A stretch of DNA of 64,000 nt from Ruminococcus sp. (GCA_017960805.1 JAGCYM010000023.1:43103-107102), one strand, 5' to 3'; positions 37,644 to 47,385 are shown, counted from the first letter of the stretch. Made by a program: numbers and translations. Notes: a model not told the origin generated them from the letters alone.

Positions 37644-38156
37644 ATGAAAAGAAAAATACTAAGAATTTTGGGTATAATTATGATAGTGTGCGGAGTTGGT
37701 ATTCTATCTCTGTATGGCTATCGTAAGATAAGCAGAGAGTTATATCTTCGCAAACTGCTTAATAATAATATTAACTTTGAAATACCAAGGCTAGACATAA
37801 AAGTACCAGTCCTTGAAGGCACAGATATGAAATCTCTGCAGGTATCTGCAGGGCACTTTGAAGATACAGGCGCACTAGGCAAGGGTAACTACTGTATCGC
37901 AGGTCATAACAGCACCATATACGCCGAGATATTCAATGATCTTGACAAGATAGAAATAGGAGACGAGATGTACCTCGTAGATATAGACGAAAAACGAACA
38001 CGCTATTTATATGTTGTCACTGAATACAAAACAGTAGAACCAAATGAGACATGGGTACTGAATGACTTCGGAGATAATCGCCTGACAGTAATTTCATGTA
38101 CTGATGATGGAAAGCACCGACAAGTTGTTGTCGCTGAATATCAGAAAAAAATATAA
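37644..38156 (+). CDS. Sortase (class D/C-like)
   Basis: N-terminal TM; IAGHN, LTVISC and R catalytic residues; AAGGA RBS before ATG 37644. Confidence 0.88.
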   Translation: MKRKILRILGIIMIVCGVGILSLYGYRKISRELYLRKLLNNNINFEIPRLDIKVPVLEGTDMKSLQVSAGHFEDTGALGKGNYCIAGHNSTIYAEIFNDLDKIEIGDEMYLVDIDEKRTRYLYVVTEYKTVEPNETWVLNDFGDNRLTVISCTDDGKHRQVVVAEYQKKI

Positions 38157-38220
38157 TACATCATAAACATAACTCATAGCAGTTTAGTATCCGCCAATCG
38201 TTTTAGCGGATACTTTTCTT

Positions 38221-38922
38221 TTACTTAAATTTCCAGCCGTTATCTCCATGATATATCATCTGCTTTGTCATTCCGCCGTCAATACAGATATTCTCGCCTG
38301 TTATGAAGCCTGCATTATCAGAGCATAGAAATAGTACCATATTTGCAATATCAAGCGGATTGCCTACTCTTCCACAAGGCTGCTGATAAGCGTCAGGACC
38401 TTCATATACCTTATATGATGTATCAATCCATCCCGGAGATATTGAATTTACACGCACCTTTCCAGCAAGGCTGATAGCAAGTGCATGAGTGAGTGCGGCA
38501 ATCCCACCCTTTGCCGCAGTATAACTCTCAGTCTGAGGCTGACTCATGCGGTCACGTGAGGATGAAATGTTGATGATGCTGCCGTATTTATTGAAATATG
38601 GTGCAAATAACTTTGACAGGTAAAACGGAGCAGTAACTCCCACGGACAGTGCATACTGAAACTCCTCATAGCTACACTCGTCAATTCCTTTCATCAACGG
38701 CAGAGCATTATTGATGAGATAGTCGATGTGGCCATGTTCTGCAATGACCTGTTCTGCAAACTTTTCAAGAACAGTTTTTTCACAAATATCTCCAACAAAG
38801 TAATCACCTTCAGCCTTGTCGATAACGCACACCTTTGCGCCGTTCTTACGGAACTCATCAGCTATACACTTGCCGATACCATTTGCTCCACCTGTTACTA
38901 CGGTTACTTTGTTTTTGAACAT
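38221..38922 (-). CDS. Short-chain dehydrogenase/reductase
   Basis: TGGANGIG, NNA, YTAAK and PGWIDT motifs. Confidence 0.92.
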   Translation of the reverse strand: MFKNKVTVVTGGANGIGKCIADEFRKNGAKVCVIDKAEGDYFVGDICEKTVLEKFAEQVIAEHGHIDYLINNALPLMKGIDECSYEEFQYALSVGVTAPFYLSKLFAPYFNKYGSIINISSSRDRMSQPQTESYTAAKGGIAALTHALAISLAGKVRVNSISPGWIDTSYKVYEGPDAYQQPCGRVGNPLDIANMVLFLCSDNAGFITGENICIDGGMTKQMIYHGDNGWKFK

Positions 38923-38980
38923 ATTTCGCTCCTTTTATTATTCCTATTTATGGTTTATTTTTCGAATGATTGATGCTTTG

Positions 38981-39520
38981 TTAATCAAAACACCCACAAA
39001 ATCTCGCAAAATCCTCAACTAATTCAATTCCGTTAGCACGAATATTCTGCTCACCAATCTGGTAATAGTATTCAAGTTCATGTATAAGTACAGGTATTTC
39101 ACGACCGAACGTCTCTTGTATAAATCCTGATTCGTGCAATTCTCTTACAATTTCGACAAGCATTTCTACAAAAGCATCTGTTATCTCAGACTCATATTCA
39201 ATAGGAGTAGTATCGCAAGCCTGACAATACGCAAAGTTACTGTTAATTATCCATTGTCTTACAGTATCAGCTGTTTCACCCTTTCCAAATATGCAGTCCT
39301 CATTTTGTAGCCAAAACGCATAGTTCCAGCGAGCTTCTTCTTCATCAGAAGCATATTCAAGCTGCTCGTTCATATATGATTCTGTATTATATCCGACGGT
39401 TACAGTAGGCCGACACGGATCGTCGTCGTAGTCATATACATACAATGAAACGACATATATGTCTGGTTCATCCCACGATGCTATCGTCTGCATTATTGCT
39501 TCTTTAAGCTGTTCTTTCAT
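38981..39520 (-). CDS. Acidic hypothetical protein, DUF4303-like
   Basis: DIYVVSLY, EEARWNYAFW and IPVLIHELEY pattern. Confidence 0.65.
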   Translation of the reverse strand: MKEQLKEAIMQTIASWDEPDIYVVSLYVYDYDDDPCRPTVTVGYNTESYMNEQLEYASDEEEARWNYAFWLQNEDCIFGKGETADTVRQWIINSNFAYCQACDTTPIEYESEITDAFVEMLVEIVRELHESGFIQETFGREIPVLIHELEYYYQIGEQNIRANGIELVEDFARFCGCFD

Positions 39521-39539
39521 ATGCTCACCCCATTATATA

Positions 39540-39983
39540 TCATTCACTTGTGACTATTTCTCCGGTCCAATCAATGATACCGCCGAATTCGTAGATATGC
39601 GTATATCCCATATCAGCCAGTTTCTGCGAGGCCTCTTTGCTGCGACGCCCGCTTCTGCAGTATATCAGGATGACCTGATCAAGGTCAGGCAGTTCCTTCG
39701 GCTGTTCAATGCCAATAGACTCATTAGGAATCAATATCGCGTCTGAGATATGACCGCTTTCATACTCATCCTGCCGCCGCACATCAACAATTACATGACC
39801 ATCATCAGCCTTCATCATTTCTTTTGCTTCATCCTGTGTTATCTGATGATAGCTAAAGCTTTGAGAAGCATTTGTTGTTTTAATATCTTCCTGAATTATT
39901 ACTGATGAACTGGCACTATTTTCACAGGCTGGCAGTATCATGCACAATAAACCAATTATGATAAAAATTGTTTTCCTCTTCAT
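39540..39983 (-). CDS. Rhodanese-like lipoprotein
   Basis: Lipobox LPAC; VDVR, GHI..AI and YCRSGRRS motifs. Confidence 0.9.
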   Translation of the reverse strand: MKRKTIFIIIGLLCMILPACENSASSSVIIQEDIKTTNASQSFSYHQITQDEAKEMMKADDGHVIVDVRRQDEYESGHISDAILIPNESIGIEQPKELPDLDQVILIYCRSGRRSKEASQKLADMGYTHIYEFGGIIDWTGEIVTSE

Positions 39984-40429
39984 TTTAATTTTTCCATATA
40001 CACAAATTCAAGTTCTTCGTTAATGGATTTATGATCAAAGATTTTATATCCCAGCTTCTGATACAGACGGATATTGTCAAGGCTTCGGGTACTTGTGAAA
40101 AGCTCGTACCTCTTAACAGAAAAATATTTTTCTATTTCTGACAGAAGCATTGTTCCATAACCTTTATGGCGGTGGTCTGGATGCACCATAAGCTTGCCGA
40201 TATAAACAGTTCCATTACGCTCTTGTGCCCGAACAGAGCCTATAATACTAGTATTATCATCAATCATTTTTAGTATAATGCCATTGTTGAACTCCTCAAT
40301 CACTTCATCAAGAGTCTGTTTCAGTGGAGGAATGTCCCTGCTTCCGAACAGGTCTGCCTCGCTCTGATACGCAAGGTATTGAAGTTGCAATATTTCTTTC
40401 AAATCATCTAGTTTGCCTTTGAGAATCAT
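39980..40429 (-). CDS. GNAT acetyltransferase
   Basis: VHPDHRHKGYG and N..LYQKLGY motifs. Confidence 0.9.
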   Translation of the reverse strand: MILKGKLDDLKEILQLQYLAYQSEADLFGSRDIPPLKQTLDEVIEEFNNGIILKMIDDNTSIIGSVRAQERNGTVYIGKLMVHPDHRHKGYGTMLLSEIEKYFSVKRYELFTSTRSLDNIRLYQKLGYKIFDHKSINEELEFVYMEKLK

Positions 40430-40440
40430 TTTTTACTCTC

Positions 40441-41139
40441 CTATAGTTCTATCAGATTTCCTGATTTGAAGTAATAGATATTTTCTTTCTTGTATCCGAA
40501 TTTCGAATTTGGAACGCTTATATGCGGCTCAAATGTGAAATAATCTACTGACGAAAGTTTGGCAGTATTCCCCTTCTCTATGTATACACGATCATCCTTG
40601 TTTTTTACAATTGAATGTCCGAGATTACCAAGAAAATCAAGATTTAGATATCCACATAAAGTTATAAGCTTATTGATATGATAATATAGTTCCTCAAATG
40701 TTGTCTCTGTGGTTACAAATCTAAACAGTTCTGCATGAAGTTTCTCCTCCATAAGGAGACCGTTGCGCCATTCATCATTGCAGATACTATTTATCTCATC
40801 AACGACTTTACCATTTTCGATTATTATTGTCCGAGCATAGTCTCCCCAGATATTATTATTCTGAGGGCTTAAGTCTATTGTTATGATATCATCTGGAGCA
40901 ATTATTCTGTCAGAAGTAATGTATTCTCTGCCCGAAACGGAAATGGTAGTTTCATCTCCCTCGAATATAAAAGCCCCAATATTCCAGTACCAGAACGAAT
41001 CAGCCCCCAGTTCGAGCATTTTGTTTTCGCAGAGCTTTCTGATCTCAGAAAGATTCATTTTCTCTGTTAACTTAGTTTTTATGTATTCAATTGTATCTTT
41101 CGCTATTTTCTGAACTTCAATGTATTCCATAACAAACAC
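40441..41139 (-). CDS. M24-family metallopeptidase
   Basis: TIDL..GDYART, LGHS, FTFEPH and E metal ligands. Confidence 0.85.
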   Translation of the reverse strand: MFVMEYIEVQKIAKDTIEYIKTKLTEKMNLSEIRKLCENKMLELGADSFWYWNIGAFIFEGDETTISVSGREYITSDRIIAPDDIITIDLSPQNNNIWGDYARTIIIENGKVVDEINSICNDEWRNGLLMEEKLHAELFRFVTTETTFEELYYHINKLITLCGYLNLDFLGNLGHSIVKNKDDRVYIEKGNTAKLSSVDYFTFEPHISVPNSKFGYKKENIYYFKSGNLIEL

Positions 41140-41182
41140 ATTCTTTCTTTTATCTAAGCAAGTATTATAATCGCTTCAAAAA

Positions 41183-41266
41183 TTATTGAAATCTTAAGTT
41201 AGTGACATCGTCCTTACTGCCAGTTGAAGCCTGCATATGTAATGAGTTTTTATATACGTTTTTCAT
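41183..41266 (-). CDS. Possible 27-aa small ORF (MKNVYKNSLHMQASTGSKDDVTNLRFQ)
   Basis: AAAGGA upstream of ATG at the head of the minus-strand run; no homology recognised. Confidence 0.25.
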   Translation of the reverse strand: MKNVYKNSLHMQASTGSKDDVTNLRFQ

Positions 41267-41359
41267 ACTTCCAAACATCCTTTATACCATAATTATACAA
41301 TCATCGGCATCTCAAGTCAATGGAGAAAGCATAATCCCGCAATAATAAAGAGCAAAAAG

Positions 41360-41388
41360 TCATACTCCTCAGCCTTGCCGCATAGAAT
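41360..41388 (+). promoter_or_regulatory. sigma-E-like sporulation promoter
   Basis: TCATACT-14 bp-CATAGAAT upstream of the amidase. Confidence 0.65.
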
Positions 41389-41411
41389 GTACAAAAAACA
41401 GGAGGCTGACA

Positions 41412-42143
41412 ATGAACAACAAAAACAAGATAAAGCTGATAGCTTCGGGAATTACTCTGTGCTGCTGCGCGGCTGCTGTCGGAGCCGTGTCCGTAGTCAG
41501 CAGCAGAAACGGCGGAGGCGTTGCTCCAGCTGCGATTTTACAGGATGAGGAGCTGCCTGTCGTGATTTTGGACGCTGGACACGGTGGGTTTGATGGAGGC
41601 TGTGTTTCAGCTGATGGAACACCTGAAAAAGGAATCAATCTTAGCATTCTGCTAAGATTGAGAGATCTGCTCTTGCTAAACGGATATGAAGTTGATGTAA
41701 CTCGCGATACAGATATATCAATTCATGACAGCGGAATAGAAGGACTTGTAAATCAAAAAAGTTCCGATATGGACAACCGCCTCTCATTATTCAACAAATA
41801 TGATAATGCGATTTGTGTATCAATACACCAGAATCAGTTTACTGATCCTGTTTACCATGGTGCTCAGATGTTCTACTCAAACTCAGACACCAGAAGCGAG
41901 AAACTAGCAAAAAATCTTCAATCCAGTTTTTCTGAATTGCTTCAGCCTGACAATAAACGAGAAATAAAGCTATGCGGAAAAGAACTATTTCTGTGTTACT
42001 ACAGTAACAATCCGACCGTAATGGCAGAATGTGGATTCCTGTCTAATCCTGAAGAAGCCGCGTTGCTGAATACTGAAGAGTATCAGGAAAAAGTTGCTCT
42101 CACTCTTTTTAACGGAATAAACACATACATCTTTGGTAAATAG
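41412..42143 (+). CDS. cwlD: N-acetylmuramoyl-L-alanine amidase (Amidase_3), CwlD-like
   Basis: LDAGHGGFDGG, EK.INL, SIHQN, GAQMFY and ECGFLSN.EE motifs; sigE-like promoter. Confidence 0.8.
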   Translation: MNNKNKIKLIASGITLCCCAAAVGAVSVVSSRNGGGVAPAAILQDEELPVVILDAGHGGFDGGCVSADGTPEKGINLSILLRLRDLLLLNGYEVDVTRDTDISIHDSGIEGLVNQKSSDMDNRLSLFNKYDNAICVSIHQNQFTDPVYHGAQMFYSNSDTRSEKLAKNLQSSFSELLQPDNKREIKLCGKELFLCYYSNNPTVMAECGFLSNPEEAALLNTEEYQEKVALTLFNGINTYIFGK

Positions 42144-42337
42144 GTATGTCACACTATAAGTTTACCTCCCTCTCCTTTTTCAAATTTTATATAATATTCT
42201 TTTATAAACTACGCTAATGAAATATCTGTATAGCGTAGTTTTTTCTTTTCCATATTTTTCAAAACTAAATAGATTGACAGCTTTTCAACCTCAAGATATA
42301 ATTAAAGCATAGATTATTATTCAATGGAGTTGATTCT

Positions 42338-43495
42338 ATGCGAATATCAAAGGCTATAGCTTCGGCAATGATACTTCTCGCTCTTCCGGTCAATGCTTTT
42401 GCGTCAGTTGATCTGGAATCGCCAAGAGTAATAGGATATCTTCCGGATTGGAACTATCAAGGATATAAAGACTTAAACATGTCATATCTTACCACCATAA
42501 ACATAGCTTTCTGCAACCCTGACAGCAACGGAAAGCTTTCATGTGATATACCTGACAAAGAGCTTAAGCATATAGTATCAACAGCTCATGAAAACGGAGC
42601 TGAAGTATTTGCAGCTCTTGGCGGAGCAGGCAGTTGCGAAGTTTACTTACAGCATATAGATACTCCCGCTGAAATAGCTGAATTTGATAAAGAAATCATT
42701 GAATACTGCGAGAAATATGAACTTGACGGCATCGATCTGGATATCGAGCTCGGCTCAAATCATCAGATCTGGTCTTATTACAGCGATTGGTGTTCTGATC
42801 TTCGCATTCGCTGTGATGATCACTCTTTGAAAATGTCAACCGCTACAGCTCATTGGGTCGCTGAAAAAGTAACACCTGAAACCTTTGCATTATTTGACTT
42901 CATTAATGTCATGGCTTATGATAACGATGAAGATGAAAAATCTCATTCTACATATGAGTATGCTGAAGAATGCCTGTCATACTTTAGTAATGTCAAAAAG
43001 ATCCCTTCTGAAAAACTTGTCCTAGGCGTACCGTTCTATGGAAGAGGATACAACAGTCAGGGCAAACTTGACTGGAACTCATATGAATCATTTGCATCAC
43101 TGGTCAAGAATGACGAAACAAATTACAATCATGATTACTATAACGGAATAGCATACAACGGATCAGAAACAATAGCTAAAAAAGCTGAACTAGGTAAAAA
43201 GTACGGAGGCATCATGATATGGGAGCTCACTCAGGACGCAAAAGGAGATAAATCACTACTTAGTGTTATCCATAAATCAATCGGAACAACTGATTTACCT
43301 TTAATCGGAGACGTAAATGATGATGGAACAGTCAATTCTGCTGACCTTGTTACTCTCAACCGATGGATTCTTGGTGACAAAAACGCCAGTATACCTAATT
43401 GGGGAGCTGGAGATATCTGCAAAGACGGTATAATTGATTCATTCGACCTTATTGCAATGCGAAGAGTAGTACTGGAACGCTCAGAAATCTCCTAA
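42338..43495 (+). CDS. GH18 chitinase-family enzyme with dockerin
   Basis: Signal peptide; LDGIDLDIE (DxxDxDxE), NVMAYD, LGVPFYG and GGIMIWE; C-terminal dockerin. Confidence 0.9.
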   Translation: MRISKAIASAMILLALPVNAFASVDLESPRVIGYLPDWNYQGYKDLNMSYLTTINIAFCNPDSNGKLSCDIPDKELKHIVSTAHENGAEVFAALGGAGSCEVYLQHIDTPAEIAEFDKEIIEYCEKYELDGIDLDIELGSNHQIWSYYSDWCSDLRIRCDDHSLKMSTATAHWVAEKVTPETFALFDFINVMAYDNDEDEKSHSTYEYAEECLSYFSNVKKIPSEKLVLGVPFYGRGYNSQGKLDWNSYESFASLVKNDETNYNHDYYNGIAYNGSETIAKKAELGKKYGGIMIWELTQDAKGDKSLLSVIHKSIGTTDLPLIGDVNDDGTVNSADLVTLNRWILGDKNASIPNWGAGDICKDGIIDSFDLIAMRRVVLERSEIS

Positions 43496-43617
43496 ATGCT
43501 TCACACAACAGCATTATATATATACTTTGCACTTTTTTATATATAAAAAGTATTGCTTTTTCTGTTAAATTGTGGTAAAATAGATATGTTGTTATCCCCA
43601 TTACAGGAGGTATAAGT

Positions 43618-44769
43618 ATGCTGAATGCCGCAACCCGACATTTTGAATTCAAATCTGAATTCGACGGCCTGTCCGTCTCTGCATTCATAGCAAAACCAGA
43701 AGGAAATATCAATGGCATCGTTCAGATAGTTCATGGAATGAATGAACACAAAGAACGCTATTTTGAATTTATGGACTACCTCGCCGCAGAAGGCTTCATC
43801 ACTGTAATCCACGATAACCGTGGTCACGGCAAGAGTATAAGTGATCCTGCAGATCTTGGATTTATGTACAGAAACGGCGGAGAAGGCTTTATCAGTGATA
43901 TTATTCAGCTCAAGAAATCTGTACGCTCTGCATATCCTGACTATCCATATTTCATGATAGGAGACGATATAGGTGCACTTGCGCTAAGGTGTATGCTTAA
44001 GAAACACGACGATGGCCTGAACGGTATTGTACTGCTGAGCAGTCCGAGCTACAGTCGTTTCACACGATATATCCGCAATATTTCTGCTGAAATATCTCAG
44101 AGGCATGAAAGCCGCTATATCAGTGACCTGATATATGATGTTCGCGAGGAGACGTTCAACAGACAATTCGGATCGACTAAGTTTTCCTGGCTCAACAGCC
44201 GAAAAGAAGCTGTAGAAATGTTTACCGCAGATTCGCTTTGCAACTTCAGATATACACTAAATGCTTATCAGTGTATTCTCTATATAATGCGGAACGCTTA
44301 TGACATGAACGGTTGGAATGTATCCAATCCAAATCTCCCTATCCGCTTTTTGATGGGACGAGATGACGCCGCCATGCTTTCTGAGAGAAAATTCATGAAA
44401 TCCATGAAACTTCTTGATAAAGTCGGTTACGAAAGCGTATCACACAGGTTGTTCGACGGAATGCGCCACGAGCTTCTCCGCGAAAAGAACTGTATAAATG
44501 TTTATAAGGACATTGCTAAAACACTGTATTCGTGGCTTGACAGAATCAGTGATTTCAAGGCTGATGTGGATATCCCATCCGGAACAAATGAACAGGCAGT
44601 TGAACTGCTTGGCGTTCCAGAAACATTTACCCCAGTTGAAGAAGAAAAAGCACAGGATCACGCTCCGGAGCCAGTTCATGTATCTGAAGCAGACGTTTTC
44701 GAAATACTCGAATCCGTCAGAGCCGCCGAAGAAGCAGCTGTAGCAAAGGACACAGATAGAAAGGATTAA
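43618..44769 (+). CDS. Alpha/beta hydrolase (lysophospholipase/Hydrolase_4-like) with an atypical nucleophile elbow
   Basis: VHGMNEH, HDNRGHGKS, G.DD and MRHELL motifs; GDDIG in place of GHSMG; acidic tail. Confidence 0.85.
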   Translation: MLNAATRHFEFKSEFDGLSVSAFIAKPEGNINGIVQIVHGMNEHKERYFEFMDYLAAEGFITVIHDNRGHGKSISDPADLGFMYRNGGEGFISDIIQLKKSVRSAYPDYPYFMIGDDIGALALRCMLKKHDDGLNGIVLLSSPSYSRFTRYIRNISAEISQRHESRYISDLIYDVREETFNRQFGSTKFSWLNSRKEAVEMFTADSLCNFRYTLNAYQCILYIMRNAYDMNGWNVSNPNLPIRFLMGRDDAAMLSERKFMKSMKLLDKVGYESVSHRLFDGMRHELLREKNCINVYKDIAKTLYSWLDRISDFKADVDIPSGTNEQAVELLGVPETFTPVEEEKAQDHAPEPVHVSEADVFEILESVRAAEEAAVAKDTDRKD

Positions 44770-44772
44770 AAA

Positions 44773-47049
44773 ATGGATATTAACAAGACACTAGCAAAAG
44801 AATTCTCACTTCGCCAGGAACAGGTTGATAACACCGTAGCCCTAATCGATGACGACAAGACCATTCCTTTTATCGCTCGTTATCGTAAGGAGCTTACCGG
44901 TTCCCTTGATGATCAGATACTACGTGATCTCTACGACAGACTTATGTATCTGCGAAATCTTGAAAAGCGTAAGGAAGAAGTATCCAACTCTATTACAGAA
45001 CAGGAAAAGATGACTCCGGAAATTGAAGCTGCAATCAGTGCTGCAATGACTCTGGTCGAGGTTGAAGACATTTATCGTCCATTCAAGCCAAAGAGAAGAA
45101 CACGTGCCAGCATTGCTCGTGAAAAGGGCCTCGAACCACTCGCAGAACTAATCCTTGCACAGGATAACTCTACAGATCCTCAGAAGGAAGCTGAAAACTT
45201 CATAAACGAGGAAAAGGAAGTTGCAGATGCTCAGGCAGCAATCCAGGGCGCAATGGATATCATAGCAGAAGATATCTCAGATGACGCTGATATCAGAAAG
45301 AAGCTGCGCGCTCTCGCCGGAGAAAAAGGCGAAATGGTATCAAAGGCAGCTGATCCTGAAGAAGAGACTGTATATATGAATTACTATGATTACACTGAGC
45401 CTGTGCCAAAGGTAGCTAATCACCGCGTCCTCGCACTTGACAGAGGTGAGAAGGAAGGTAAGCTCAAAGTTAGTGTAACACTTGATGAGTCACTTGCAAC
45501 TGATGTTATTTTCGGCAAGTATATAAAAGCAAACAACGCATGTGGTGAGATAGTTCGCGAAGCAGCCGCAGACAGCTACAAGCGTCTCATCTTCCCTTCA
45601 ATAGAGCGCGAAATCCGCTCTGACATGACAGCTACAGCAGCTGAAGAATCAATCAAGGTATTTGCTTCAAATCTAAGACAGATGCTTATGCAGCCTCCTA
45701 TGAAGGAAAGTGTTATCCTCGGACTTGACCCTGGTTACGCTCATGGCTGTAAAACAGCTGTTATCGATGCAACCGGAAAGGTTCTTGATCACGCTATCAT
45801 CTATCCTGTCAGAGAGTCAGCTTCCGCATCTAGGGTTGAGGAAGCAAAGAAAATCGTTAAGCGCTTCATTGAAAAATACAATGTTAATGTTATTTCTATA
45901 GGAAACGGAACCGCTTCCCGTGAAACTGAAAGCTTTGTCGCTGATATCCTCAAGGAGGCTCCCGGTGTAAGCTACATGGTTGTAAGTGAAGCAGGAGCTT
46001 CTGTATACTCAGCTTCAAAGGTAGCTGCAGAAGAATTCCCTGAGTATGACGTATCAATTAGAGGTGCTATCTCAATAGCTCGCCGCTTACAGGATCCTCT
46101 TGCAGAACTTGTAAAAATCGATCCTAAAGCTATCGGTGTTGGTCAGTACCAGCATGATATGCCTCAGGCAAGAATGAGCGAAGCGCTTTCAGGTGTAGTT
46201 GAAGATTGTGTTAACTCAGTCGGCGTTGACCTTAATACAGCTTCTCACTCTCTCCTCTCCTATATTGCTGGAATCAACGCTTCAGTTGCAAAAAATATCG
46301 TAACATATCGTGAAGAAAACGGAAAATTCACTGACCGTAAAGAACTTCTCAAAGTACCAAAGCTTGGCAAAAAGGCATTTGAACAGTGTGCAGGATTTCT
46401 TAGAGTCCGCGACGGAAAGAACCCTCTTGACAACACATCTGTTCACCCGGAAAGCTACGCTGCAGCTTCTTCACTTCTCACAGAATGCGGATTCACTCTC
46501 GCTGATGTATCAAACGGCGGTGCAACAGGCATCTCAGAAAAAGCAGAGAGCGAAGGAATTAACAAGATAAGCGAAAAACTCGGTATCGGCGTTCCGACTC
46601 TGACAGATATCATATCAGAGCTTAAAAAGCCAGGCAGAGACCTTCGTGATGAACTCCCGCCTCCGCTCCTCAGAAGCGGTGATGTCATGGATATCAAGGA
46701 TCTTAAGCCCGGAATGGAACTCGTAGGTACTGTACGCAATATCATTGACTTTGGTGCGTTCGTAGACATCGGTGTACATGAAGACGGACTTGTTCATATT
46801 TCTCAGATGTGCAACAAATTCATCAAGCATCCTCTCGAAGCAGTAAAAGTCGGCGAGGTTGTAAAGGTACGCGTTTTGGAAGTAGATCTGAAGCGCAACC
46901 GTATATCTCTCACAATGAAACTTGGCGGAGAAGAAGAAAAGAAGCCAAATCAAGACAGAAAGCCTCGTCCTAAGCGTGAAAAACGCGAGAACAGAGGTTT
47001 CGATGCAAACAAGATCCATAACAGTGCTTTCCGTATAAAGCAGAAATAA
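44773..47049 (+). CDS. tex: Tex transcription accessory protein
   Basis: TIPFIARYRKE, GLDPG, IGNGTASRET, IGVGQYQHD and S1 domain. Confidence 0.96.
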   Translation: MDINKTLAKEFSLRQEQVDNTVALIDDDKTIPFIARYRKELTGSLDDQILRDLYDRLMYLRNLEKRKEEVSNSITEQEKMTPEIEAAISAAMTLVEVEDIYRPFKPKRRTRASIAREKGLEPLAELILAQDNSTDPQKEAENFINEEKEVADAQAAIQGAMDIIAEDISDDADIRKKLRALAGEKGEMVSKAADPEEETVYMNYYDYTEPVPKVANHRVLALDRGEKEGKLKVSVTLDESLATDVIFGKYIKANNACGEIVREAAADSYKRLIFPSIEREIRSDMTATAAEESIKVFASNLRQMLMQPPMKESVILGLDPGYAHGCKTAVIDATGKVLDHAIIYPVRESASASRVEEAKKIVKRFIEKYNVNVISIGNGTASRETESFVADILKEAPGVSYMVVSEAGASVYSASKVAAEEFPEYDVSIRGAISIARRLQDPLAELVKIDPKAIGVGQYQHDMPQARMSEALSGVVEDCVNSVGVDLNTASHSLLSYIAGINASVAKNIVTYREENGKFTDRKELLKVPKLGKKAFEQCAGFLRVRDGKNPLDNTSVHPESYAAASSLLTECGFTLADVSNGGATGISEKAESEGINKISEKLGIGVPTLTDIISELKKPGRDLRDELPPPLLRSGDVMDIKDLKPGMELVGTVRNIIDFGAFVDIGVHEDGLVHISQMCNKFIKHPLEAVKVGEVVKVRVLEVDLKRNRISLTMKLGGEEEKKPNQDRKPRPKREKRENRGFDANKIHNSAFRIKQK

Positions 47050-47381
47050 TGTACTTCGTATATATGCTTCGCTGTGCTGATGATTCTATTTACACTGGAA
47101 TTACAACCGATCCGGTTCGCAGATTCCGAGAACACAACGGCGAAGCTCCTAACGGAGCAAAATTCACTCACTCCCATCGTCCAAAATCTGTTGAAGCACT
47201 CTGGAACTGTTCAGACAGAAGTACAGCTTCAAAATTAGAGTACGCAATCAAACGACTTCGACGGCCGCAAAAACTGAAGCTCATCAGTGATGAAGCAGCA
47301 TTTGCTGAACTGTTTGGAAATGAAATGGCCGCACTCTACATTCGGACCGGACTTCCGGAAGGCACCACATCAGGTATATGA
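47049..47381 (+). CDS. GIY-YIG nuclease family protein (UPF0213-like)
   Basis: VYMLRC.D.SIYTGIT...RF.EHN..GAKFT; TAATG coupling to tex. Confidence 0.88.
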   Translation: MYFVYMLRCADDSIYTGITTDPVRRFREHNGEAPNGAKFTHSHRPKSVEALWNCSDRSTASKLEYAIKRLRRPQKLKLISDEAAFAELFGNEMAALYIRTGLPEGTTSGI

Positions 47382-47385
47382 CAAT

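Noticed and set aside
21315-38215. Similar CCGCCAA..GCGG hairpins at about 21324, 33932 and 38191 as a REP-like family
   Set aside because: Each sits at a gene 3' end with A/T flanks, consistent with ordinary terminators.
47049-47381. GIY-YIG gene as a homing endonuclease or mobile element
   Set aside because: Short standalone UPF0213-type protein with no intron or DNA-binding extension.
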